Under the pieces are notes generated by a model that was not told the DNA's origin, made no database searches, and saw only the letters and a program-made list of their open reading frames with translations. Of a stretch of 64,000 nucleotides of DNA, positions 40,828 through 49,868 are shown in pieces. Made by a program: the position numbers and the translations under genes. This DNA comes from Bacteroidales bacterium. Lineage in GTDB: Bacteria > Bacteroidota > Bacteroidia > Bacteroidales > UBA3824. The DNA is taken from the NCBI GenBank assembly GCA_017412115.1, contig JAFPYR010000128.1, positions 12,679 to 76,678 of the forward strand. The letters are read 5' to 3'. Each line of letters begins with the position of its first letter. Within the stretch, counting starts at the first letter, position 1.

Positions 40828-41193
40828 ATGAAATGTTTTAAAAAAATATCCGCCTCGTTGTTGGCATTTTTCGGTATCGGGACTTTAACGGCTTGTTACG
40901 GAATGCCTCCGCAAAATTTTGACGAGGCGTTTACGGTTTACGGGCGCGTTTCAAAAATTGACGGTAACGGAGATACCGTTAATCTCGAGGGAATAAAAGT
41001 CTCCGTTTTGGGTGCTCCTGAAATTTTTACGCAAACCGACGAAAGCGGTTATTATGAGCTTACCTTTACGGATTCCTCAGTGCAGACAATCTGTTTTGAG
41101 AGCACAAATTTTGAGAATGATACCGTCAAAATTCGTTTTAACACGCCCGGACCTCAAACTTGCGATGTGTTGTTGAAAGAAAATAAAGAGTAA
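40828..41193 (+). CDS. Radical-SAM-associated lipoprotein (TIGR04134-like) with a carboxypeptidase-regulatory-like beta domain
   Basis: Lipobox LTA-C23 followed by YGMP; then VYGRV..LEGIKVSV..TQTDESGYYEL. Confidence 0.75.
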   Translation: MKCFKKISASLLAFFGIGTLTACYGMPPQNFDEAFTVYGRVSKIDGNGDTVNLEGIKVSVLGAPEIFTQTDESGYYELTFTDSSVQTICFESTNFENDTVKIRFNTPGPQTCDVLLKENKE

Positions 41194-41208
41194 TTTTTTT
41201 CCCCTTTT

Positions 41209-41655
41209 TTATCTCTTAATAACACTCAAAATTGCAACTGCGCACGTTGTTTTAGGGCTCAGCGGCATGATGTGAACCCAATAAACATCGGTTTTGGGAC
41301 AGAAAAACGTAAATTTAAAATTTCTTGTCGTCGTTGCTAAAATATTATTGTTGTTATCATAAAGCGATAACATTGAGTTTACCGCAAGTCCTGTGGCTAA
41401 AGATGAATTTCCCTCTTCGAGATATTGTGAGTCGGAGGGGTTGCAAAGTTGTAAAGTGTACATATATCCTTTGTTGAGGATAACTTTGTGTTTTTGAATT
41501 TTTCCTGATGAGAATTTCGTGTTGAATTCTTTTAAGAAAATAACGCCGGAGTTTTGCAAAGCACACTCGTACACAAATCTTTGTTTGCATTGAGCATTAA
41601 CGCAAAGACTTGATAATGTGATGAATATAACGATAACTAATCTTAGTAACTTCAT
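41209..41655 (-). CDS. Secreted hypothetical protein
   Basis: Signal peptide MKLLRLVIV..VNA-Q; Cys-containing small beta protein. Confidence 0.7.
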   Translation of the reverse strand: MKLLRLVIVIFITLSSLCVNAQCKQRFVYECALQNSGVIFLKEFNTKFSSGKIQKHKVILNKGYMYTLQLCNPSDSQYLEEGNSSLATGLAVNSMLSLYDNNNNILATTTRNFKFTFFCPKTDVYWVHIMPLSPKTTCAVAILSVIKR

Positions 41656-41745
41656 AATTGAAAATAAATTTTTACGTTTCAAAGGTAATATATTTTTTTG
41701 ATTTAAACAAAAAGCAATCCAAAAACAATTTACAATAAAAAAATT

Positions 41746-42519
41746 ATGTCTACGTTTTTGTTTCACGATTTGGTTTACGGACCCGTAAAATCCAGACGGC
41801 TTGGAAATTCTCTCGGTATTAATTTGTTACCAAGAGAAAAAAAATATTGTAATTTCAATTGTATTTATTGCGAATGTGGAGCTAATATTCCGGGGCATGT
41901 AGGATTTTTGCCGGGGCGTGCGGAAATTGCTGCTGCTTTAGAAAAAAAACTTATTGAACTCAAAGAAAAAAACGAAAGGGTTGATTCAATAACTTTCGCC
42001 GGAAACGGAGAGCCTACAATTCACCCCGATTTTCACGAAGTAATTTCTGATACCGTTAATTTAAGAAATAAGTTTTTTCCTGATGCAAAAATTTCCGTTT
42101 TGAGCAATGCAACACGGATTGTAAGCAAAAATACTGTTGCAACTCTCAAGATGATAGATAATTGCATTTTGAAAATTGACGCAGGTATCGAAGAAACCGC
42201 CAAAGCAATCGACCGTCCCGTCGGAAATTATTCTTTGAAAAAGCAAGTGGAACTTCTTAAACAATTTGACGGAAATTTTGTGCTTCAAACGATGTTTTTA
42301 TCGGGCGATGTTAACGGTAAAAAAATTGACAATACAACGCCGGAAGAAGTTTCGGCATGGCTGAAAATTGTTGAAGAATTGCGTCCGAAAAAAGTTATGA
42401 TTTACACCATTGCTCGCGATACGCCGGAAAAAAATCTCCAAAAAGCCTCAAAAGAAACTCTTGATAATATTCAAAAAAAGGTTCAGGATTTGGGAATTGA
42501 AATTTCGGTTTCGTATTAG
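41746..42519 (+). CDS. Radical SAM protein (COG0731/TYW1-like bacterial family)
   Basis: YGPVKSRRLGNSLGINLL, CNFNCIYCECG, ITFAGNGEPTIHP. Confidence 0.88.
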   Translation: MSTFLFHDLVYGPVKSRRLGNSLGINLLPREKKYCNFNCIYCECGANIPGHVGFLPGRAEIAAALEKKLIELKEKNERVDSITFAGNGEPTIHPDFHEVISDTVNLRNKFFPDAKISVLSNATRIVSKNTVATLKMIDNCILKIDAGIEETAKAIDRPVGNYSLKKQVELLKQFDGNFVLQTMFLSGDVNGKKIDNTTPEEVSAWLKIVEELRPKKVMIYTIARDTPEKNLQKASKETLDNIQKKVQDLGIEISVSY

Positions 42520-42528
42520 AAAAAAACA

Positions 42529-43530
42529 GTGAAAATAATTTCAGACATAAAGTGTAAAAACGTGCTTGTCAGTCCTTTAGATTGGGGATTAGGACATTCC
42601 TCAAGAATGATTCCCGTGATTGAAGAACTGAAAAAACATCAAAACCGTGTAACAATAGTTTGCGGTTTGGGCAGTTATGATTTTTTACGGGCGGAACTTT
42701 TAGGTTTTGAAATTATTAAAATCAAAGAAAAACGCATAAAATATCCTCAAGGAAAAATTAATTTTTTTACTTTTCTTGATTGGATTTTCGTTATGCTTTT
42801 TAATACTGTTAACGAGAAACTGAAAATCAAAAAAATAATCCGAGAAAAAAATATTGAGGTTGTAATTTCTGATAACCGTTACGGTCTGAATTTCAAAGGG
42901 TTGGAATGTTATATCGTGACACATCAAATATGTCCGAGATTGCCTAAAGGAATTAAAATTTTTCAGAGAATTTCGGATTTTGTTTTCATCGCGGTATTGA
43001 AGCGGTTCAAAAAAGTTTTGATTCCGGATTTAGAAACAGGATTTTCTTTGACAGGAAAACTTGGCGCGGATTCCTCTGACGAAAAGAAATTTGTTAAAAT
43101 CGGAATTTTATCACGTTTTTCTTCTGAAAAAAACATTGAAATTACTAAAAAATATGATTATTTGATTTTGATTTCGGGACAAGAAAAACAACGCACCGTT
43201 TTTGAAAAATTTTTGTTAAAGAAAATATCAAAAACTGATAAAAAAATACTTTTCGTCCGCGGTGTTTTTTCTTCTCAAATCTCTGAATTAAAGGATTGTA
43301 ATAACATAAAATTTCTAAATAATTTAACGGGGAAAAAATTAATGCAAGCTTTTTTGGAGGCCGAAACAGTGATTTGCAGGGCGGGTTATAGTACAATTTG
43401 CGATATTATGGCGTTGAACAAAAAAGCGATTATTTTTCCAACCCCCGGTCAGACGGAACAGGAATTTTTGGCACAAAGGCTTAACAAAAAATACGGTTTT
43501 GTTCTCGGTGATAATTCTTTGTCGTTCTGA
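42529..43530 (+). CDS. GT-B glycosyltransferase (GT28/MurG-like C-terminal domain)
   Basis: PLDWGLGHSSR, ISDNRYG, VICRAGYSTICD, PTPGQTEQEFLA. Confidence 0.88.
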   Translation: MKIISDIKCKNVLVSPLDWGLGHSSRMIPVIEELKKHQNRVTIVCGLGSYDFLRAELLGFEIIKIKEKRIKYPQGKINFFTFLDWIFVMLFNTVNEKLKIKKIIREKNIEVVISDNRYGLNFKGLECYIVTHQICPRLPKGIKIFQRISDFVFIAVLKRFKKVLIPDLETGFSLTGKLGADSSDEKKFVKIGILSRFSSEKNIEITKKYDYLILISGQEKQRTVFEKFLLKKISKTDKKILFVRGVFSSQISELKDCNNIKFLNNLTGKKLMQAFLEAETVICRAGYSTICDIMALNKKAIIFPTPGQTEQEFLAQRLNKKYGFVLGDNSLSF

Positions 43531-43624
43531 AAAAATGTAATTCTCCACTTTTTAATAAAAAAAAATACAAAAAAAATTATTACTTTTGTGCCTTAAAAAA
43601 GCGAACAATCAATAACGAGACAAA

Positions 43625-45076
43625 ATGTCAGAAAATAGTGATAAAAATATAATAGAGCAACTCGAAAATAGCGGTTACGAAGCAGGTTTTGTAACTGATA
43701 TTGAGATGGAAACGTTTGAAAAAGGACTTAACGAAAATATTATCAGAAAACTTTCAGCCCTTAGAAACGAACCTGAAGAGATGCTTGAATTCCGTTTGAA
43801 GGCATACGAAAAATGGAAAACGATGAAAATGCCTCATTGGGCGCATCTTGATTTTGAAGAGCCTGATTATCAGGATTTAATATATTATGCAGCACCGAAG
43901 AAAAAAGCAAAACTCAACAGTTTGGACGAGGTAGATCCCGAACTTTTGAAAACTTACGAAAAACTTGGTATTCCGCTTTCAGAACAGAAAGAGCTTGCAG
44001 GCGTGGCTGTTGATGCCGTTTTCGATTCGGAATCGGTGCATACCACGATGAAAAATCAATTAGCGGAAAAAGGCATAATTTTTTGTCCGATAAGCGAGGC
44101 GATAAGGGATTATCCCGAGCTTATAAAAAAATATCTCGGCAGTGTAGTCCCTCTCGGTGATAATTTTTATGCAGCTCTGAACTCTGCTGTTTTTACTGAC
44201 GGCTCGTTTGTTTATATTCCAAAAGGTGTGCGTTGCCCTGTGGAACTTTCAACATATTTTCGTATTAACGCCGCAAAAACGGGTCAGTTTGAACGCACTT
44301 TAATCGTTGCAGATGAAGGCAGTTATGTTTCGTATCTTGAGGGTTGTACCGCTCCGATGAGGGACGAGAGTCAGCTTCATGCCGCTGTTGTGGAATTGGT
44401 TGCGCTTGATAATGCCGAAATAAAATATTCAACGGTTCAGAACTGGTATCCGGGCGATAAGGACGGCAAAGGCGGAATTTATAATTTCGTTACAAAACGT
44501 GGAATGTGCAAAGGTGATAATTCCAAAATTTCATGGACTCAGGTCGAAACCGGTTCGGCTATCACGTGGAAATATCCTTCTACAATTCTTAAAGGAAATT
44601 ATTCAACCTCAGAGTTTTACTCTGTGGCTGTAACAAATAATTATCAACAAGCCGATACTGGAACCAAAATGATTCATATCGGCAAAAATACCAAATCAAC
44701 GATTATCAGCAAAGGTATTTCGTTGGGCAAAAGTCAAAATTCGTACCGCGGACTTGTGAAAGTTGCTAAGGGAGCTCAAAACGCCCGCAATTATTCACAA
44801 TGCGACAGCCTTTTAATCGGGGACAAATGCGGTGCGCATACGTTTCCTTTCATTGAGTGTTCCAACAAAACGGCAACGCTCGAACACGAAGCAACGACTT
44901 CTAAAATTTCTGACGAACAACTTTTTTATTGCCGTCAAAGAGGAATTTCAACGGAAAATGCAGTAAGTCTTATTGTTAACGGTTTTGCAAAAGACGTTTT
45001 GAACAAACTTCCGATGGAATTTGCCGTTGAGGCGAGAAAATTACTTTCAATAACTTTGGAGGGTTCGGTAGGATAA
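43625..45076 (+). CDS. sufB: Fe-S cluster assembly scaffold SufB
   Basis: [47 protein letters not shown]; promoter TACTTTTG at 43581-43588. Confidence 0.97.
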   Translation: MSENSDKNIIEQLENSGYEAGFVTDIEMETFEKGLNENIIRKLSALRNEPEEMLEFRLKAYEKWKTMKMPHWAHLDFEEPDYQDLIYYAAPKKKAKLNSLDEVDPELLKTYEKLGIPLSEQKELAGVAVDAVFDSESVHTTMKNQLAEKGIIFCPISEAIRDYPELIKKYLGSVVPLGDNFYAALNSAVFTDGSFVYIPKGVRCPVELSTYFRINAAKTGQFERTLIVADEGSYVSYLEGCTAPMRDESQLHAAVVELVALDNAEIKYSTVQNWYPGDKDGKGGIYNFVTKRGMCKGDNSKISWTQVETGSAITWKYPSTILKGNYSTSEFYSVAVTNNYQQADTGTKMIHIGKNTKSTIISKGISLGKSQNSYRGLVKVAKGAQNARNYSQCDSLLIGDKCGAHTFPFIECSNKTATLEHEATTSKISDEQLFYCRQRGISTENAVSLIVNGFAKDVLNKLPMEFAVEARKLLSITLEGSVG

Positions 45077-45112
45077 CAAAAAAATATACTAATTTTTTAA
45101 TGACAAAAAAAA

Positions 45113-46330
45113 GTGGATATACAGCAAATTAGAAACGATTTTCCGATTCTCGGACAAAAAATATACGGGCATCCGTTGGTTTATTTGGACAATGCCGCCA
45201 CTACGCAAAAACCTCAGTGCGTGTTGGATTCTATTATGAAATTTTACACTTTGTATAATAGTAATATTCACCGAGGAGTGCATTATTTAAGCGAAAAAGC
45301 CACCGAAATTTACGAAAACGCACGTCTTAAAGTTAAGGAGTTTATTAATGCAAAATCCCGTACCGAAATTGTTTTTACAAAGGGAAGTACTGAGGCTATC
45401 AACACTTTGGCTTCATCGTTTTCGCAGCGTTTTATTAATTCCGGTGATGAGTTGATTATCAGCGAGATGGAACATCATTCAAATATTGTTCCTTGGCAGT
45501 TGAACGCTCAAAACAAGGGAGCTGTTATTAAGGTTTTGCCTTTTAACGATAGGGGAGAACTCTTGATTGAAAAATTAGAAAGTCTTATCACTGACAAAAC
45601 CAAAATCGTTTGTGTAACCTACGCTTCTAATACTTTAGGAACGGTTAATGACGTTGAAAAAATCATTAAAATTGCTCATTCGCATAATATTCCCGTTTTG
45701 GTGGATGCTGCACAGGCTATTCAGCATTTAAAGATTGACGTTCAAAAACTTGACTGTGATTTTCTTGCGCTTTCGGGTCATAAAATTTATGCCGAAACAG
45801 GTATCGGAATTCTTTACGGAAAAGAAAAATTTTTAGAAGAACTTCCTCCGTATCAAGGCGGCGGCGACATGATAAAAAATGTCAGTTTTGCCAAAACGAC
45901 ATACGCCGAACTACCTTTGAAATTTGAAGCTGGAACTTCCAATTTTGTTGGAGCCGGTTCGCTTCATACGGCTTTGGATTATGTTGATAAACTTGGTTTG
46001 GAAAATATTGCCGCACACGAGGCGGAGCTTTTGAATTATGCGACTCAAAAAGTGGAAGCTTTGGGCGGTATTACAATTTACGGTAAGGCTGCTAACAAAG
46101 TTTCTGTGCTTTCATTTAATATTGACGGAGCGCATCATTACGATACGGGTATGATTTTAGACAAACTCGGAATTGCTGTCCGTACGGGTACGCATTGCAC
46201 CGAACCTATAATGCAACATTTTGGCATCACGGGTACTGTCCGCGCAAGTTTTGCGCTTTACAATACTTTTGAGGAAGTTGATGCCTTAGTAGATGGTATC
46301 AAAAGAGCCAAAAAAATGTTAGTGGGATAA
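45113..46330 (+). CDS. sufS: Cysteine desulfurase SufS
   Basis: YLDNAATTQKP, EHHSNIVPW, SGHK, RTGTHC, RASFALYNT. Confidence 0.96.
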   Translation: MDIQQIRNDFPILGQKIYGHPLVYLDNAATTQKPQCVLDSIMKFYTLYNSNIHRGVHYLSEKATEIYENARLKVKEFINAKSRTEIVFTKGSTEAINTLASSFSQRFINSGDELIISEMEHHSNIVPWQLNAQNKGAVIKVLPFNDRGELLIEKLESLITDKTKIVCVTYASNTLGTVNDVEKIIKIAHSHNIPVLVDAAQAIQHLKIDVQKLDCDFLALSGHKIYAETGIGILYGKEKFLEELPPYQGGGDMIKNVSFAKTTYAELPLKFEAGTSNFVGAGSLHTALDYVDKLGLENIAAHEAELLNYATQKVEALGGITIYGKAANKVSVLSFNIDGAHHYDTGMILDKLGIAVRTGTHCTEPIMQHFGITGTVRASFALYNTFEEVDALVDGIKRAKKMLVG

Positions 46331-46353
46331 AAAAATTTAGTTGCTCGATAATG

Positions 46354-46413
46354 TCGGTTTCAACTGAAAAAGGGGCGCATTAAGCACCTTTTCTGTTGAG
46401 CCGATTTTTTTTT
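46354..46413 (+). terminator. Intrinsic terminator after sufS
   Basis: tcggtttcaactgaaaaagg...ccttttctgttgagccga followed by a T-run. Confidence 0.6.
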
Positions 46414-46618
46414 AATTGAAAAATCTAATTTTTTAAATTTTCCCGTTTTTGTTTGAATTTTTTTTAAGGCTTGGGGCGTTGGAGGATATGATTAAAAAAA
46501 AATTAGTTCAACGCTTTTTGTAAAAATTAACCATAAGAAAAAACAATAAATTTTAGTATTGAAAAAAATATGCTTAATTTTGCATATTAAAATTCAGCAA
46601 TTAAGATAACACAATACA

Positions 46619-47047
46619 ATGTTGACTATCAACGAAATACAAGATGAAATCATAGAAGAATTTTCTGTCTATGACGAGTGGCTTGATAAGTATGAATATC
46701 TAATCGAACTTGGAAATTCACTCGATATAATTGACGAAGGCCAAAAAACACCCGATAATATTATTCAAGGCTGTCAGTCAAGGGTTTGGCTTGATGCTAA
46801 AATGGATTCTGACGGTACTTTGAATTTTAAAGCCGATAGCGACGCAATAATCACTAAAGGTATTATTGCATTGTTAATCAGGGTTTTCAATCATCAAAAA
46901 CCACAAGATATTATTGATGCACAATTATATTTTATTGACGAGATAGGTTTGTCGGCAAACCTTTCGCCAACACGTGCTAACGGTCTTTTGGCTATGATAA
47001 AACAAATAAGATATTACGCATTGGCATTCAACGCATTAAACAAATAA
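46619..47047 (+). CDS. sufE: Sulfur acceptor SufE
   Basis: IQGCQSRVWL, ADSDAIITKG, LSPTRANGL; promoter TAATTTTG at 46575-46582. Confidence 0.95.
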   Translation: MLTINEIQDEIIEEFSVYDEWLDKYEYLIELGNSLDIIDEGQKTPDNIIQGCQSRVWLDAKMDSDGTLNFKADSDAIITKGIIALLIRVFNHQKPQDIIDAQLYFIDEIGLSANLSPTRANGLLAMIKQIRYYALAFNALNK

Positions 47048-47049
47048 AA

Positions 47050-47382
47050 ATGGCAGAAGAAACAAAAAAAGTTCCTTTTTTGGAACTTGAAACAAAAATA
47101 ATTGAAGTTTTAAGAACGGTTTACGACCCCGAAATTCCGGTAAATGTTTACGACCTCGGTCTTATTTACAAAATAGATGTCGATGACGACAAAAATGTAA
47201 ATATTGATATGACATTAACCGCTCCTAATTGTCCGATTGCAGACGATATTTTCTTGGACGTTAAAACTAAAATCGAAGGTATACGTGAAATTAAAAGCGC
47301 AACTATAAACCTCGTTTTTGAACCGGCTTGGACTATGGACATGATGAGCGAGGAGGCAAGAAATATGTTGGATTTGGATTAA
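47050..47382 (+). CDS. sufT: DUF59 / SufT Fe-S assembly protein
   Basis: VYDPEIPVNVYDLGLIY, MTLTAPNCP, FEPAWTMDMMSEEAR. Confidence 0.9.
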   Translation: MAEETKKVPFLELETKIIEVLRTVYDPEIPVNVYDLGLIYKIDVDDDKNVNIDMTLTAPNCPIADDIFLDVKTKIEGIREIKSATINLVFEPAWTMDMMSEEARNMLDLD

Positions 47383-47401
47383 GGAAAAACAACAACGTAT
47401 T

Positions 47402-48409
47402 ATGAAATACAAAATTTTAACGGTATTGGTTTTGTCCGTTTTGGTTTCGTGCAGTACCAAAACGGATTTTCATATTGACGTTTCTAATATAAACGCTGAA
47501 ATTAAAGTCAGTCGTTTCGATATGGATTTCAATGTTATAAAACCTGAAAACATATACGATTCGTTGCCGGTGCTGAAAAAAAAATACGGCGATTTTTTTG
47601 ACCTTTACGTTGAGAGTATTGCCGGTTTAACAAGTACTGAAAGCTCTTCTTTTTTAACTAATTACGGCGATTTTTACAGTTATTGCAAATTGAATTCGGT
47701 GTTTTCGGACATCGAAAAAACTTTTCCAAGAGATTTTGATTTCAAGACACTTTTTTCTTCAGGAGCAAAACATTATAAATATTATTTTCCAAATGATGGT
47801 TTGCCTAAAGTTTATACTATAATTTCGGGTTTTCAGGAATCGGTTTTTCCTACCGAAGATATAATTGCATTCAGTCTGGAAAAATATTTTGGCGTTGATT
47901 ATCCGTCTTATCCGCAGTTGGGTATCGAAAACTACAAACGCCGCAGAATGACAAAAGAAATGCTTCCTGTGGATTATTTCCGCACGTTAGCCACTATAAA
48001 ATATCCTAAAGCCGAAAGCCTTGAGGCAAATCTTCTTAACGAGATGATTTATAAGGGCAGACTTCAATTTTTTTTGAAATCGATGCTACCGGAGACCGCA
48101 GATTCTTTGCTTTGGGGATATTCCGATTATCAGTACCGCTGGGCTGAAACTTACGAAAGCAATGTTTGGACTTATCTTATTGACAGAAAACTGCTTTTTG
48201 ATACTAATCCGTTGGCTATCAGAAATTTAACGGGAGAAGGACCTTTTACCAACGCTTTCGGTAATCAGTCCGCTCCAGGAGTTGCTTCGTTTTGCGGATT
48301 TGGTATTGTTTGCAGTTTTATGCGCAAAAATCCTGATGTTAGCCTCAAAAGTTTAATGGAAATTACTGATTTGAATCAGATTTATATCCGTTCAAGATAC
48401 AATCCTTAA
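47402..48409 (+). CDS. gldB: Gliding-motility lipoprotein GldB-like
   Basis: Lipobox LVS-C; RFD, HYKYYFP, SLEKYFG, NLLNEMIYKG, GEGPFT..SAPG; ends SRYNP. Confidence 0.8.
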   Translation: MKYKILTVLVLSVLVSCSTKTDFHIDVSNINAEIKVSRFDMDFNVIKPENIYDSLPVLKKKYGDFFDLYVESIAGLTSTESSSFLTNYGDFYSYCKLNSVFSDIEKTFPRDFDFKTLFSSGAKHYKYYFPNDGLPKVYTIISGFQESVFPTEDIIAFSLEKYFGVDYPSYPQLGIENYKRRRMTKEMLPVDYFRTLATIKYPKAESLEANLLNEMIYKGRLQFFLKSMLPETADSLLWGYSDYQYRWAETYESNVWTYLIDRKLLFDTNPLAIRNLTGEGPFTNAFGNQSAPGVASFCGFGIVCSFMRKNPDVSLKSLMEITDLNQIYIRSRYNP

Positions 48410-49836
48410 AGCAGTTCGTCTCTTGAGGCGTCCATTCTTATAAAGATAAACAGCAGAATTGTAAACGACCAAAGCGAACTTCCTCCGTAGGAGAAAAACG
48501 GCAGAGGTATTCCTATGACAGGGACTAATCCTATTGTCATTCCGAGATTTATGGCTATGTGGAAAAACAAAATACTTGCCACGCAATAGCCGTAAATCCT
48601 CGCAAAGGCAGACCGTTGAAGTTCTGCTAAATGTATGATTCTCAGTATTAAAGCTAAAAACAATAGGATTACTATCGTTGAGCCTAAAAAGCCCCATTCT
48701 TCGCCTACCGTACAGAAAATAAAGTCAGTTGCTTGTTCGGGCACGAAATTGAATTTTGTTTGAGTTCCTTGCAGATAACCTTTGCCCGTAAAACCGCCCG
48801 AGCCAATTGCAATTTTACTTTGTTCAACATTATAACCTGTACCTTTTGGGTCGTTTTCAAGTCCTAAAAATACGTTTATAAGGGTTTGCTGATGTGCGGT
48901 CATAATGTTGTTGAAGACAAAATCCACTGAAAAAACCACCACAAACGATGCTATTAAACCCGCTGCAATAAAAGTTGCAACCCATTCTTTTCTTATGTAA
49001 CTATAAATTGCAATCGGAATAAGCAAAATAAAGCATGACAAAACTATTAAATAATGCAATTGAAATTTGTCAGCGAGGGCAAAATGGTTAATAGTCCAAA
49101 AAATAGCCGTTAAAACAGCTATTGCGCCCCATGCTATAAAGGCGTTTAATAGATTTTTGCCTAAAACTAAATACCAAATTCCCGCCACGATAACAAGGGC
49201 TACGATTACCACAATCAGCTGATATTGAAGCGTTGTAACAAAAATTCCTATTCCTAAAACCACTAACCATAAGAAAATTCCGGAAAGACCTTCTCTGTAA
49301 AAAACGAAAATCATGCTGAAATATACCAAAACCGAACCCATATCTGGTTGAAGCAATATCAGAGCGGCAGGCAAAAGAATTATGCTGACCGAGATTGCTA
49401 TGTTTCTGAATTTGGTTAAATCGAATTCAAAGGCAGACATAAATTTTGACAGAGCAAGGGCTGTGGCAAATTTTGCAAATTCGGAGGGCTGTATTTTAAA
49501 CATTCCGAGTTCAAACCAAGATTTAGCACCGTGGCTTTCTTTGCCCGCCACGAGGACTAAGGCAAGCAAGATGATAATTCCTCCGTAAATAAAGTAAGAT
49601 AGGACGGAATAAATTCTGTAATTAGATGCCATTATCAGAATTATGATAATGTACGATACGCCTATCCAAACGAGTTGTTTTCCGTAACGTGCGCCGAAAT
49701 CGAAAATGCTGTTGTATTTTTCGTCATAAACGGCGGCATAAATGTTACCCCAACCCATAAAAACTAATACTGTATATAGTATCAATACTATCCAGTCTAA
49801 CGATAGAAATATATTTGAACCTCTTTGTTTGCTCAT
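48406..49836 (-). CDS. rodA: Rod shape-determining SEDS transglycosylase RodA
   Basis: IQPSEFAK, LQPDMGS, QSKIAIGSGG, PEQATDFIF, GIPLPFFSYGGSS. Confidence 0.95.
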   Translation of the reverse strand: MSKQRGSNIFLSLDWIVLILYTVLVFMGWGNIYAAVYDEKYNSIFDFGARYGKQLVWIGVSYIIIILIMASNYRIYSVLSYFIYGGIIILLALVLVAGKESHGAKSWFELGMFKIQPSEFAKFATALALSKFMSAFEFDLTKFRNIAISVSIILLPAALILLQPDMGSVLVYFSMIFVFYREGLSGIFLWLVVLGIGIFVTTLQYQLIVVIVALVIVAGIWYLVLGKNLLNAFIAWGAIAVLTAIFWTINHFALADKFQLHYLIVLSCFILLIPIAIYSYIRKEWVATFIAAGLIASFVVVFSVDFVFNNIMTAHQQTLINVFLGLENDPKGTGYNVEQSKIAIGSGGFTGKGYLQGTQTKFNFVPEQATDFIFCTVGEEWGFLGSTIVILLFLALILRIIHLAELQRSAFARIYGYCVASILFFHIAINLGMTIGLVPVIGIPLPFFSYGGSSLWSFTILLFIFIRMDASRDELL

Positions 49837-49868
49837 TTTTTAGTTTTGCCTTGTAAGTTTTTTTTATT

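Noticed and set aside
41746-42519. Second radical SAM gene as part of the rSAM/lipoprotein system
   Set aside because: It is a common stand-alone family without SPASM, is separated by an opposite-strand gene, and is coupled to the glycosyltransferase instead
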